From Basidiobolus meristosporus CBS 931.73 (lineage: Eukaryota; Fungi; Basidiobolomycota): a DNA stretch of 64,000 nt. The translations under genes and the position numbers were made by a program. The stretch is from NCBI GenBank assembly GCA_002104905.1, contig MCFE01000370.1, positions 21,186 through 85,185 of the forward strand, read 5' to 3'. The notes under the pieces are model-generated. The model did no database searches and was not told the DNA's origin. It saw nothing but the letters and a program-made list of their open reading frames with translations. Shown in pieces: positions 12,923 through 25,511 of this stretch (position 1 is its first letter; each line of letters opens with the position of its first letter).

Positions 12923-14970
12923 ATGGCCAAGATTAAGCAGAAGGGAAAGTCCGGGGCCGCCGTGAACTACATCACCAGAAACCAAGCTATCAAGAAGCTT
13001 CAAGTAACTCTTGCTGACTTCAGGCACTGAACCAGTCCCTTTGTCCCATTGCTGCCCAACTCGAACTAACCAGGTTTTTTCAACCCTTACAGACGCTTGT
13101 GTATTCTTAAGGGAATCTATCCCAGAGAGCCCAAGAACAAGAAGAAGGCCAACAAGGGTTCCACCGCGCCCGCCACCTTTTACTATACCAAGGATATCCA
13201 ATACCTTTTACATGAGCCCTTGATTCAGAAGTTCAGAGATCACAAGATTTTCGTTCGTAAGCTCGGCAAAGCTCTCGGCAAAGGGCAAACCAGCGTTGTG
13301 AATAACTTGCAGAACAACAAGCCAGTGTACACTTTGGATCACATCGTCAAAGAAAGGTACATATCAAGGATGTCCACTGAATGGCTTGGTGCCCGTTATT
13401 AACTCGAGAACTTTCCCTCAGATATCCCTCTTTCACCGATGCCCTTAGAGATTTGGATGACGCTTTGTGCATGGTGTTCCTGTTCGCCAATTCCCCAGCC
13501 ACCGACAAAGTTCAACAAAAGAGTGTACAGGAGTGCCGTAGACTTAGTGCTGAGTTCCAGCACTACGTTATGCAGACCCGTAGTTTGAGAAAGGTCTTCT
13601 TGTCCATCAAGGGTATCTATTACCAATGTGAGATCAAGGGGCAGACCATCTCCTGGTTGGTTCCCTATCAATTCAGTCAGGATGTTCCCACCGATGTAGA
13701 CTTCAGAGTGATGAACAGTTTCTTGGAATTTTACCAAACATTGATCGGATTCGTCAACTACAAACTATACACCGACGAGAACCTCGTGTATCCTCCCAAA
13801 CTCGACCAGTCCAAAGAGGATGGAGCTGCGGGTTTGGACGCCTATGTTTTGGAATCCACCAAGGCCGTGGACATGGACGTTTCTTCCGAACCACAGGAAG
13901 TCAGCGAGAAGTCTACACAAGAGGTAAGCCATGGAAGCATTGTGCACTCGGAATGGAATGGAATAGAATTAACCCTGAACCTTTCGACGTTATAGTCTGT
14001 GAAGAAGTCTGAGAAGCGTCTTGGCTCTCTTGCTGCTAAAATCGCAAACATCAAGGACACCTCGGTCTCCGAGACCCGCGTCGAGGAAGGAAAGGAGGAG
14101 GATGCCATGGACGAATTCCCAGAGGAGTTGAACCAAGAAGGAAAGGTGTTCAGCTTAAGCGATGTCAAGGCTGCCTCCAATGCCCTGAACACTCTGCAGT
14201 CCTTGTTCAGCAACCAAGTGATCTACCTTTCCCGCGAAGTCCCTAAGTTCTCTTTGGAGTTCGTTATCAAAGCTTTCGGTGGTAAGGTCGGGTGGGATGC
14301 ATCCGTCTCTGCTGGATCGCCCTACAACGAGAACGACCAGCGTATCACCGTCCAAATCTGCGATCGTCCCACTCAAGGACATATGTTCTTGTCCAGAAAG
14401 TACGTTCAACCCCAATGGATTTATGATTGCGTGAATGCCATGAAGCTCCTCTCTGTTGACCAGTATGCCCCTGGTGCCTCCCTCCCTCCTCATTTGTCTC
14501 CATTCGTCGAGTACAAGGAAGGAGATTATGTTCCTGAAGCTGCCGGCTTCAGTGGGGAGACTGAGGATATCAACAAGGAGGATGTTGAAAACGAGGAGGA
14601 GAGCGATGACAGTGAGGATGAAGGGGAGGAGGATGCCGAAAACGTTGAGGAGCAGGCTCCTGTTACTATGACTGCTGAAGAATCTGAGCACCAGAAGGAA
14701 CTCGAGGCCGAGGCAGCTGGCGTTGCTTTCTCTGAATACCAACAAAAGCAAGGCAAGAAGAGCACCAAGAAGGCGCCCAAGATCAGCAAGGAGAAGCAGG
14801 AAGAGGCTGAAGCCAAGGAACTTGCCAAGATCATGATGCCCAAGAAGAAGCGTCAACTCTACAACAAGATCCAACACAGTAAGGGCAAGATTGCTGACGA
14901 GACCAACAAACTCAAGAGAAGAAAGCAGGAGTTGGATGCTAAAGCCAAGAAGCAAAAGAAAGCTCAATAA
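12923..14970 (+). CDS. NOP7: Pescadillo / Nop7 ribosome biogenesis factor (BRCT domain)
   Basis: [48 protein letters not shown] and [13 protein letters not shown] motifs; BRCT with [12 protein letters not shown] and LPPHLSPFV. Confidence 0.96.
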
Positions 14971-15316
14971 TACTCACTCTACTAGATTAGCTACCTTACC
15001 CCTTCATCCGTTATGTATTGTTAATTCAGCGACTCGTTCGGTTGTTTCTCTTATTATATAGTTTTCGGTTACTTTCCACGCCAAGTATCTCAGCTCTACT
15101 TTATATATTTGGAAAAGTCTTTTACGATCTTTGATCCTCATTCTATCACTAAACATGTCCATCCCACTAAACAATAAATACGTATAGACCAACGGACTTG
15201 GGATCTTTTCTGGTTGAGCGGATTCAATTTCCGGGTGATTTTTTAAGCTTGTCACGAAATATCTCCATATCGTCAGCTGCGCATTGATCCGAAACCCCCT
15301 TACCCTTGGCTTAGCA

Positions 15317-16789
15317 ATGACTTCAGAGATATCCGTATTCACTTTGAACTGCTGGTAAGTGCGAGGTTTGCGGTCCGTCTACCAGCGCACCAACATTAAA
15401 TCCACGTTAAACTCAGGGGCCTGAAGTTTGTATCAGAGAAGCGACGTCAACGCTTGAATGCCATCGCCCAATATTTGGCCGAATCCAAGTACGACATTGT
15501 TGGGCTTCAAGAGTTGTGGGTGTTTGAGGACTTTGAGAGCGTCCGCCGGATCGTCTCCGAAGCCTTACCCTTTTCACGGTTCTTTCATACCGGCGTGTTT
15601 GGTGCTGGTTTGGCCATCTTCTCCAAGTTTCCCCTTGTGAACGGGTTTGCTAGACCGTACTCGCTTAATGGAAATCCTTTGAAGGTGTTTCAAGGAGATT
15701 GGTACGTTGCTAAAGCGGTTGCCTGTTGCCATCTGTTACATCCCACCGCTGGCATCATTGAGGTCTATAACACCCATGTAAGTCGCTTTCTCTTGACCCG
15801 TCCTTTTCTTTGGCAAAGCTGAATCGTGAGCTTACGTTCAGTTGATCGCTCAATACAGCAGCAAAGATGAAAACTCTTACCATCGAGCTGCTCAGGGCTG
15901 GGAGCTTACACGTCTGATAGCAGAGGCTGTGAAAAATGGAAACCACATTATCGCGGTTCGTTCAAGAAAATATTACGGATAAAGTAGTGTCCACACATCT
16001 CACATATGTGATTGTTCCATATAGCTTGGTGACTACAACAGTAAGCCAGACAACCTGGTGATTAACATGTTGAAATCCTACGGGGGCCTAACCGACTCTT
16101 GGGATCAGATACATCGCTCCAGAATGAGGGATGTCACATACAATCCCAATATGAACGTCGATGATATTGTCCGTATGAACGGATTAACCTGCGATGTCCC
16201 CTCAAATACATTCACCAAGCGAAAGCTGAAGCAGCAGATGGACAACCAGCTGCCTGGGGAGCGCTTAGATTACATCTTCTACTCCCAGAATCCCTACATG
16301 AGATGTAAGGATTCCCAGGTGTGCCTTACCGAACTTATCCCGGGACTTGGATGCTCCTTCTCGGATCACTTCGCCGTCACATCCACCTTCGACATCGCGA
16401 ATAAAGACACCGGCAACCCGGTGGAGGACTTCAACGTCGGATCGATGGACACCCCCGGGGAATCACTCAAGGACGAGAAGCTGATTGAGGTGCTGCTGCA
16501 TCTTCTGTGGGCGGGCTTGAAGAATACCCAGCATCGACGCAACGGCTACTACTGGAGATTCTGGATCTCCCTGTTCATCACATTCATCCTCCTATTCCTG
16601 GTTCCCACTGCCCAACTGCCAGTCTGGCTGTCGGTCGTCTCCAATATCGCCATGCTGGCGGTGGGGATATACGCCTTCACCTTCTTCTTGGTCTCCATAC
16701 TGTACGTGAGAAACGAAGATGGCGCCTTCCGAAGAATCTTCGAGGACGTCGACACGCTTAAAAATGCAAAGATGTTCAACTCCAATTGA
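15317..16789 (+). CDS. ISC1: Inositol phosphosphingolipid phospholipase C / neutral sphingomyelinase, multi-exon
   Basis: FTLNCW|GLKFVS…DIVGLQELW, GAGLAIFSKFP, GDWYVAKAV, YNTH, LGDYNS, ERLDYIF and FSDHFAV motifs; two C-terminal TM helices. Confidence 0.92.
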
Positions 16790-17111
16790 TTGGATGTGTG
16801 TGTGGCCATTGGCTGGTTGGAATAAACTTCTGAGGTTTATTTTGGGGACTATGTGCACCAGGGTAAAGATGGGAATTAAAAGTTGAGTTTACATAACGAG
16901 GAAGAGGTGAAGGTTGGATGCGAATGGCGGGAAAAAGTTAGTATGGACTTTGTATAAAACAACTTGAAAAAATTGGTTGGATAGGAGAAGACCTGGCAAA
17001 TAGAAAGCGAGTGAATGGCATCGGTTAAAAAATACAGGGATTTTGAGTGGTTTGATGGAACGTATTAGATCTAGCTGGTGGAGGGTGGTAATCGGCTGCA
17101 TCCTTGAGAAT

Positions 17112-18719
17112 CTACTGTTGGAAACTGAATCCGCCTTGTGGCATCGACACATCGGATTGGAAGGTGAAGGCACCAGTGTCAGCATCCACTTGGGGAGCAA
17201 GGCCGGTATCTTCATCCTCTTCCTCACCGAAGTACTTATCGATGATGTTGTAGGCCTTCTGGTAGATCTGGATGTTGTCGTGGATTTGGAGGTTGTGGAT
17301 CTTCTCCATACCACCGGCCTCCTCTACGAAGAGGGCAAATTGGTTCTCGCCATTGATTTCCTTGTCCATCTCACCGACCTTGAGGATATTCTCAATGCCG
17401 TCCAAAGCAACCTGGATGATCTTGTTGTCCATGCAGGTGAGGAGGTCGCACAAAGGCTTAATACAACCGGCCGAAACAAGATATTTAACCTGTTCGGGTC
17501 TGGCCAAGCCACCGGAGGTGGCATTGGAGATGGCCCAACAAGCCTCCTTCTTGGTCTTGAAGTCGGCGACCTCAAGAACATGGACAAGAGGGGGGATAAG
17601 GTTGGCATCAATGACGAATTGGATTTGATCAGGAGTACCGGCGGTGATGTTGGAGATGGTCCAGCAAGCCTCCTTTCTGATACCATCCTTGGGGCTGGAA
17701 AGAAGGCTGAGAAGAGCAGCCAAGCAGCCAGAGTTGATCATGATTTGGGTTTGTTGGTCATCACCAGTGACGATGTTACCAACAGTACGCAAAGCTGGAG
17801 TTTGAACGGTGGTAGAAGGATGCATCAACAACTCGACCAGACGGCGGCAAACACCGGACTCGATAACGGCCTGGATCTTCTCGTTGGATCCGTCAGACAT
17901 GTAGGAAAGAGCCCAGCAAGCATCTCCAAGAACCTCATCATCGTGAGAGTACAAAAGCTTGTTAAGGGTGGGAAGAGCAGGGGCAATAAGTGACCAATCA
18001 GGCTGAGGGTTCTTGCCACGGCAGAAGTTGGAGAGGGTCCAGGTGGCGTTACGGACCATGGAGATCTTGTTGTTCTCGTTCAAGAGAGTAAGCAAGTTAG
18101 GAAGAGCTCCGGCTTGCAAAACATAATCACGGCAACGGGCAGAATCACCGGCAATGTTACCAAGAGCCCAGACGGCTTGTTCCTTAACGTCGGCAACGTG
18201 GCTGTTGAGTAACTCAACGAAAATAGGAACGGCACCACTTTCAATCACAACCTGGGTTTGGTGGGAGGATCCAGAAGCAATGTTGGTAAGAGCCCAGGCG
18301 GACTCGAACTGGAGGAGAGAGTGAGGGGAGCGCAAAAATTCGACGAATCTGCTCACAACACCACAGGCAATGACCTCTTCAATAGGGGGGTTGGTTTCCT
18401 TGGAAAGGAGCTTACGGAATTTGGTGCAAGATTGAAGGGCGACCTCGACGTTATCGGAGTAGAGATCTTGAACCATACCGGGAAGTTGCTCTTGCAATTG
18501 AGCGGCGGCGGCTGAGGCCATCTGGTCATCTTCCTCGTCGCTGTCCGACATCTCGCCATCAGGGATGAACATGTTTCTCTTCTTAGCAAGAGACTCTTCG
18601 CGCTTTTGCTTACGAATTTCAACTTGAGCCTCTTCACGTCTGCGTCTGAGTTCGTCGGCCTTGAACATGGCCTTGGACTTGTAAGCATTACGTCTATGTT
18701 CGGGGACTCTGGATTCCAT
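17112..18719 (-). CDS. SRP1: Importin alpha (karyopherin alpha), intronless
   Basis: IBB domain ([26 protein letters not shown]) and ARM repeats ([35 protein letters not shown]). Confidence 0.97.
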   Translation of the reverse strand: MESRVPEHRRNAYKSKAMFKADELRRRREEAQVEIRKQKREESLAKKRNMFIPDGEMSDSDEEDDQMASAAAAQLQEQLPGMVQDLYSDNVEVALQSCTKFRKLLSKETNPPIEEVIACGVVSRFVEFLRSPHSLLQFESAWALTNIASGSSHQTQVVIESGAVPIFVELLNSHVADVKEQAVWALGNIAGDSARCRDYVLQAGALPNLLTLLNENNKISMVRNATWTLSNFCRGKNPQPDWSLIAPALPTLNKLLYSHDDEVLGDACWALSYMSDGSNEKIQAVIESGVCRRLVELLMHPSTTVQTPALRTVGNIVTGDDQQTQIMINSGCLAALLSLLSSPKDGIRKEACWTISNITAGTPDQIQFVIDANLIPPLVHVLEVADFKTKKEACWAISNATSGGLARPEQVKYLVSAGCIKPLCDLLTCMDNKIIQVALDGIENILKVGEMDKEINGENQFALFVEEAGGMEKIHNLQIHDNIQIYQKAYNIIDKYFGEEEDEDTGLAPQVDADTGAFTFQSDVSMPQGGFSFQQ

Positions 18720-19310
18720 GATATGATTTGTTTAGGGGGGGCAGTACGAATACGAGGAAAAGTAAATAGAGACGGTGCAAAGTAAGTTCCCTACGGCGAA
18801 GGGGTTTTTAAAAAAGAAAAAAATCCGCTAGCTCCCTGATGATGTATACTCTGTGATGATAATGTTCTCTGGAAAAAGGGACCCATCCTCTGTCCCTTTG
18901 AGGGACCTCGTCCTGGCAGTGAGCATCGAGGGTTCGAGAAACCAATGGCATTTGAAGGGAGAAGTCTAGGGATGTTTCCAAATTTGGGAAATGGGGACCA
19001 CTGGTTGAACTGGAGGGGTACCATTTGTTTTGGCCAGCTTGAAAACAATAAACAAACGAAAATTTTCCTGATACTTCGTTTGGGGATGCTGGAGAACCGG
19101 TTTCCTTTTGAGGAAATGTAAATAATAGGTGGTTGATGTGAAGATTGGAGGGGTCCTTGGTGTGAGTATTGGAGGGGTCGTTGGTGAGCACCTTAAAATT
19201 CGGCATTAATCCGGCCAGCTTCACTCTGTATTCAGATCAAAACAACACAAGTTCTAAATAAACATTGTTATCAAGATTTCGGACCTACCTGGTGGGTGTA
19301 CAAGTTGGGA

Positions 19311-22213
19311 ATGGAGCAGAAGCCCCCAAGGAAAAATTTGGCTGAGCTGAGAGTATATGCTTTTGTTTAACCCGCTGTTGGTACCAAGTGATTGATTTTG
19401 CCCTTGTTGTATAGAGGCTCCAAAAGCTACGTCGGGAGCAACAAAATAAACCTGTGAATGGCCAGAGTTCTTCCCATCTAAAGCGAAGTCACACAGCCGG
19501 TTTGCGGAATGTAGAGCAAGTGCACTCTCAGAGTTTAGCTCCGGAGCCCAGCCGGGTCTCTCCTCACGAGACGCCCAGTGTGGCAGCTGCGTTTGAAAGG
19601 GCCAAGGGCAAACAAGCGGAAATAAATCCATTCGCTTCTACAGAGCAGCAGCTTGATTCATCCAAGCTGAACCCGTTCACTATGTTTGGGAAACTTCTTA
19701 CGGACAAAAATGGACAGGAATCCACCCCACAGATAGTAGACATTCCTATAGAGGGAGAGAGAGTAAGCGTTATGCCTAATTACTGGTATAAACCAAGGTC
19801 TCCTTTCTTACCCGCTCTTGTCCCTGAACGTAGAGACCCACCCATTCTCTTCCTACACGCCTCGCCCCGATACAGGTTCAGCGCCATGTGGCAACCAAGA
19901 ATTTTGCTACTTTGCAGGAAGATATACACGAATCCAGCCATTTCAAAAGCAGTGACGAGTCAGACGGGCAAGAGTCACTATCCGACAACTCAGATGAGCT
20001 TAGTGATGTTGAAGGAGGGGTCACATACATGAAGAGGAATCAAGATTACATGCAGAGCAATCACAAATATGAAATTAATGACGGTAACCACTTCGATGGC
20101 ATTCAAGTAGTTTAGTTCTAACGCCTCGTACGTCGACTAGACTCGAAGATCTTGAAAATCCCTTCGAATTATAAGGTACTCCTCTCGAAAACTGATTTGA
20201 TTTACCACGTTTACTCAGCACACGTTGGGTTTAGAGCTTGACCTCTGCAGTAGAGCCCGACTCTTCTCAGCCTGGTATGAATGAGTCTACTGACACTGAC
20301 ATCAGGGCTGACTGATATTGACATTTACCTATGCTTAGTGGGGCCAGAAAACAACCGCAGCGTTCTCTTTAATTTGTTGGAGCGACAAGATGTATGTGTC
20401 TCTTATAGCTCGTTACATCCAAGGTGACTCACATGTTTGTAGTCGCAGCTGCAGCAAGGGAATCTGAGCCAAGATGTAGATGTAGATGTAGATATGAAAG
20501 GTGGCAGCTCAATATCTTACCATCGATGTAGTCATTATTCTCACCCAGAACTCTAGATTCGTTCGATACAGCCGAAAACCCACAATCAGATGATACCAAT
20601 GTAATGTGTCAGATAGTCTGTTGTTAACTTTACCTCGCATATTAAGCATGGTTTTCGCAACGCAGGTCATGGAGAGCATAGGTAAGTTCAACGAGTACGT
20701 ATTAGAGCTGGCCAGCCATTGATGCTCTTTTTGCAACAAGGCTCCGCCGTCATATCACAGGTATCTATAATTGTTGGCTTTCCTGTCGAAACACGTGACT
20801 TACACTAGCATAGCCCAAGCAGGGAAGCCAAACGCCACCTTTCGATTGGACACTGAAGGCCCGTTTAGTTTTCACCTCAACGAAGTCATTTCAGTGGTGC
20901 GATAGCCTAGTCTCGGCTCACCAAACTGAAGCATTGGACTCGTTTGTTAAATCCCAAGAGCCGGAGCATGTTAATGTTGGTGCTTATTGATATGATAGCT
21001 TGTGGGATGTAACTAACCTTACACTGTTTAGAGTCAATTGAAGAAGCATATGCATAGCTGGGTGTATCCAACTTTCGAGAATCCCAAGGCCTACTCTGAC
21101 CATCTGATCAAGATTATGTCCAAAACCAGTTCCCTGCTAGCTGAAGAGAAAGAGAGTGTCGCCGAGTTTAAGAGCTCCATTGAAGAATGGTAATGGCCAG
21201 TGTGTTGCGCGCTATGACTGGTACAAGAACTAACAATGTTTTCCCGTTCAATAGGAAGGATGCGTTTCGTTCTCTCTATTATTCTCTGAGGAATGGTGTT
21301 TGCACTTATTTTTATTACATCAACGATCAATTTTCTGTCCTGTTCAAATCCAAGAATGCATCCGACACCGGGGAATTCGAAGCCATTATGAGCAAATCTA
21401 CACATGGGTTGCGCAAGGTACTCCAGGAGGAAGGGATCGAGTTCGAAGTCCCATTGGATCGACTCTCCTCGGATGTTTTATATCGAGGAGATGATGACCC
21501 TATCCCAGATGAAGAAAGACAAGAGATCTTAAGGGAACTCGAGGCATTGGAAAAGCAAAACCCGGGCTCTACGTAAGCGGACGTTCTCCTGCTAGTTGTG
21601 TTGAAGCTGTGATTGACATCTCGCATAGATTTCAGAAGAACACCCAGTTCAATTGGGACAATTCGTATCGATCAGCGCTGTATTTCTCTGGACATCTCAA
21701 TGTTCATGGATTGTTTGATTTCTTACTGAATTGGAAAGATAGCCGACTCGAATATCACGTAAAACGTCGGCCTCAACTGATCAGCCCAGACCCGTTCCTG
21801 AACGCTGCAGTCAGGAGCGCCAAAGTGAGTTGTCTGCCAACCTTGTTGAGATCCACACTTCCCGACTGAGCAATTCCATATAGATTGTTAAAAATGGGAA
21901 AGTCCATCGAATTGCAAACGATCTCCCTCAAGGCCAGGAATCGCTACAAACCTCCTACAAGATAGAGCTGATCGGCCTTTTCCTCCCCTCCTCGGTCCAT
22001 CTTCTACTGGAGCTCTTCAAACAAACGCAGGATTATTCTTTCGAAGTGAGCTTAGCTACCGATAACAGAACGCTAGGTCTGAACATTCCTGTTCAATGGT
22101 CGGAAAGACCCTCAACCTCTGATCGTTGGTCACGTGTGCTACGGGAATCCAGAATCAAGGTTGGATCACTGAAAACGATAGCATGTACACCCGAATCCCA
22201 CTTCTTGTATTAG
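19311..22213 (+). CDS. DONSON: DONSON / Humpty-dumpty replication initiation factor homologue, multi-exon
   Basis: Exon 1 ATG 19311 MEQKPPRKNLAELR|RLQKLRRE. Conserved blocks: PPFDWTLKARLVFTSTKSFQW (~20846), FRSLYYSLRNGVCTYFYY…FSVLFK…MSKSTHGLRKVLQEEGIEFEVP, PQLISPDPFLNA, SYKIELIGLFLPSSV. These parallel DONSON PVDWSIKTRLLFTS…PTTRGLREAMRNEGIEF. Confidence 0.82.
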
Positions 22214-22543
22214 AATTGTGAACAAGTTGACTAAAACTTGGGTTCAATAAATCCAGAATCGCCGTGACTATATACGCATGATGGTGCGAAGTTGGTTGCA
22301 CATGCTTTGTTTTTGTAGGTCAAAACAATCGATAGATTCTATGGGACAGTGATTTGGAATATCCGTGGCAAAATTCATTTCCCATCTTCCTTACGTTACG
22401 TCTTGCTTCTGTTTTATCCTTGGCTCAATCCGGTCCACTAGTAGCCCGACACATATCTTTGCTTTCTTCAGCGAGCGTCCTTATCACCTGTAGTTTATAT
22501 CGTTTCTGTGAATTCTGCCCATCTTTGTCCTCCCTGTAAACCA

Positions 22544-23723
22544 ATGTCGGAGAATTATACCAAAATCGAGAAGGTCGGCGAAGGAGCCTACGGAGTTGTT
22601 TATAAAGCTAAGGATAACCGTACTGGGCGTATTGTCGCCATGAAAAAGGTGCGACTAGAATCTGAGGATGAAGGTGTACCAACCACTGCCATTCGTGAGA
22701 TCTCCGTGCTCAAGGAATTGAACCACGAAAACGTTGTTGGGTAAGTTGGACTGGCTTCTTGCCCGAGGAGCACTTCGAATCCTAATCCCCCCTTAGACTT
22801 TTGGACATTATCCACAGCGATGGCAAGCTGTATCTCGTTTTCGAATATCTGGATTTGGACCTCAAACGGTACATGGACAAAGCAGGTACACTTAGCCCAA
22901 TGCAAGTCAAGGTACGTTTCGTCGCTCCGTCCGGCTCAGGGTTCGGTGGGAAATTAACCGAATACGCTCCTTAGAGTTACATATATCAACTGTGCCGAGG
23001 AATGGCATACTGTCATGCACGTCGCATTTTACACCGTGATCTAAAGCCACATAACCTTTTGGTGGACCGAGAAGGCACTTTAAAATTGGCCGACTTTGGT
23101 CTAGCGCGTGCATTTGGTGTCCCAATGCGCAATTATACCCATGAGGTTGGTTATCATTGACCGAGTCCAGATGTGATGGTTTAATCCTAACCGTCTTGAC
23201 AGGTTGTTACATTGTGGTACCGTGCACCGGAGATTCTTTTGGGCTCCCGCCAGTACTCTACGGGTGTTGATATGTGGAGTGTGGGCTGTATCTTCGCAGA
23301 GATGGCCATTGGCAAGCCATTGTTCCCAGGTGACTCCGAGATCGATGAGCTGTTCCACATCTTCAGGTTTGCTTCACAGTACTTTTGCCTCGGAGACTCC
23401 TTGCAGCTCACCACCTCCAACGTATGTTTAGACTGCTGGGAACTCCCAAAAACTCGATATGGCCGGGGGTCGAGAATCTACCCGATTACAAAGCATCTTT
23501 TCCTAACTGGAACCCTCAAGATCTGGCCCAAGCAATCCCTGGATTGGATGCAGATGGCATTGACCTACTGAAGGTTCCTATTATGACCCGTACCGTTTTT
23601 GGAACGTTCCTAACGCCCTCCTCTATCTAGAAAATGCTTGTGTTCGACCCAACCTACCGTATTTCTGCCAAGAAGGCGCTACAGCATCCTTATTTCCTAG
23701 ACATGGATCATCCGCGAATCTAA
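22544..23723 (+). CDS. CDK1: Cdk1/Cdc2-family cyclin-dependent kinase with variant PTTAIRE helix, 6 exons
   Basis: [11 protein letters not shown]…[17 protein letters not shown]…[10 protein letters not shown]…[32 protein letters not shown]…[12 protein letters not shown]. Confidence 0.9.
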
Positions 23724-23971
23724 GTCCCCTCTCTCCACACCCCTACTCTTCACGACCCTTCTGATTCCAAGCCCATTTACCCTCCGAATATTCAGCATGA
23801 AACTATTCACCCTGCACACTTTCTTTGTTCATATTGATTACGACTCAAGTCTACTGTGCCATTACCACAATATATATTTATAGAATATATCGTCAATCAT
23901 CGGTTGCAGTGAACGTTCCATGAATGTCTATCCTGTGTATGCTTCGAACGAACCTGTTGAGTGCTGGGGCA

Positions 23972-24831
23972 TTATGCCTTGATGTGATGCCAAACCACGC
24001 TGCAATCCTCCGGCTTTAGAACCAACATCTTGCATCTGGTAATGAATTGGTACCCATGCTCCAGCAGCCTGGTCAGAGTTTCTTGATTGCTGGTTTCTAC
24101 TACAACCAGGGATTTGCTGTTGCACTGACGTGGGCCAATCTCAGCCAGCTGCGGGTTGCTGGGCGCACGAAGGATGTACTCTCTACATATGTAGTCCTCA
24201 CGTTCGCGGCAATTGTAGTAATTGGAGAATAGATTGATACCCGCTGTCGACACGCACAGTCCTGGTCAAAGCGGAGGCAAGTTAAGCAAAAGGGCAACTG
24301 TAAAACACTAGCTTATCCATATCACAACATACCCGACAATCCGATGACTTTGAGATTCCGGTTGGTGACTCTCAGTTGGTCCAAGATCTCCTGGATACTC
24401 TTTAGAACCAAGGTCCCAAGCTTCTCCTTGTTTCCGGTTTGGGCGCTGAAGGAGGACCAGGTTGGATATCGCTCCATGTGGTATATATGTAACCCAATTT
24501 CGCAGTTTCCCGAAGGCTGAGCATTGTTGAACAACATATCTTCTTCCAGCTGACTCTCAATAACCTCTCCACAGCTAAGCTTCAACCAGCCCTTGGCGGT
24601 GAGCGGGACTACACTACAAGCCCCTATGACAATTGGCTCAGAACTGTTCTCACCACTACCACTGTCTACATCAAATCCATCATGGTAATATACCATCCCA
24701 AACTCAGGGTGATGTGTGTACCATTTCTGAAGCGTTTCTAGGGTCAAAGGTGACTCTGTTGGATATACATCAATATCAGAAGCAAGGATTGCTTCGAAAT
24801 CGCTCGGTTCAATGGCGCGCCTTTTCAGCAT
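23972..24831 (-). CDS. Uncharacterised protein, possibly GNAT-like fold, 2 exons
   Basis: ORFs 24322-24831 and 23972-24253 join in frame via gtatgt…gaccag to give KVIGLSGLCVSTAGINLF. The N-terminal RRAIEPSDFEAILASDIDVY resembles GNAT beta1/alpha1. The fold call is inference. Confidence 0.6.
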
Positions 24832-25140
24832 GATCGATGTGATATATATATCTCTCCTGGTAAAAAGCCGTTGGTAGATCGAAGTCTAGGGTGAAATGTA
24901 GATCGACGCCAAAAACATTCACGCTTCCACTAATTGCACCCTAATGAAACATGTCCAGGGTGCTTACGTAGTGAGCCCTATGAAACATTCTAACTCAGCG
25001 AATGTATCTGGTTGCTCAGGTGAACAATCATGCTGCATCAAGCGAATCATCGAAGCCCCCTACTGGGAATTTGCGCTGACTGATAAAGTCCAACAAATAA
25101 TCTCAATAGGGTAATTTTGAATGCGGGTTTTCCCAATCGA

Positions 25141-25205
25141 CCATATTTGATATGGTAATTTCGCACCCTGATTGCTCACTTCGCCATATTTGATATGGTA
25201 ATTTC
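25141..25205. promoter_or_regulatory. Two perfect 22-bp direct repeats, each containing the palindrome CCATAT-ttg-ATATGG
   Basis: ccatatttgatatggtaatttc at 25141-25162 and 25184-25205, in the divergent intergenic region between the GNAT-like gene and ureG. Confidence 0.6.
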
Positions 25206-25511
25206 CGTCTTGGAAATAGTTCCAAACGAGGAAAGAGCAGAATTACTGGTTAGAGGGATGGAAGCCAGGCAAAGTAGGAAATTCACAAAACCGGAGAAAA
25301 CTCCTCTTTTGCACTCTACTAAATAAGTAAATACTTTGGTCGAGAATTCCAAAGATGGTGATAATCACTGGTAAGCAACCTGGGTGCATTTTTCTGAATA
25401 ATGACCGTCGCTTCGCGTCCTGATTGGCGGGGACCGAGTTTACATCATCACCGTTTGGTATAAATAGGTGTAGCACACCAGGTAAAAATGCAACCTCCTT
25501 TGATTACTAAA

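Noticed and set aside
14155-14967. Long antisense ORF over NOP7 (similar ones at 17043-17993, 25440-26315, 26605-27324 and 28347-29159)
   Set aside because: All lie exactly opposite confident genes and have the composition expected of reverse-strand frames.
18791-19631. Several 85-138 aa minus-strand ORFs between importin alpha and DONSON
   Set aside because: No recognisable domains; they cover a divergent promoter and the antisense strand of DONSON.
20471-20495. (AGATGT)n microsatellite
   Set aside because: Too short to be informative; it probably encodes DVDVDVDM within DONSON.
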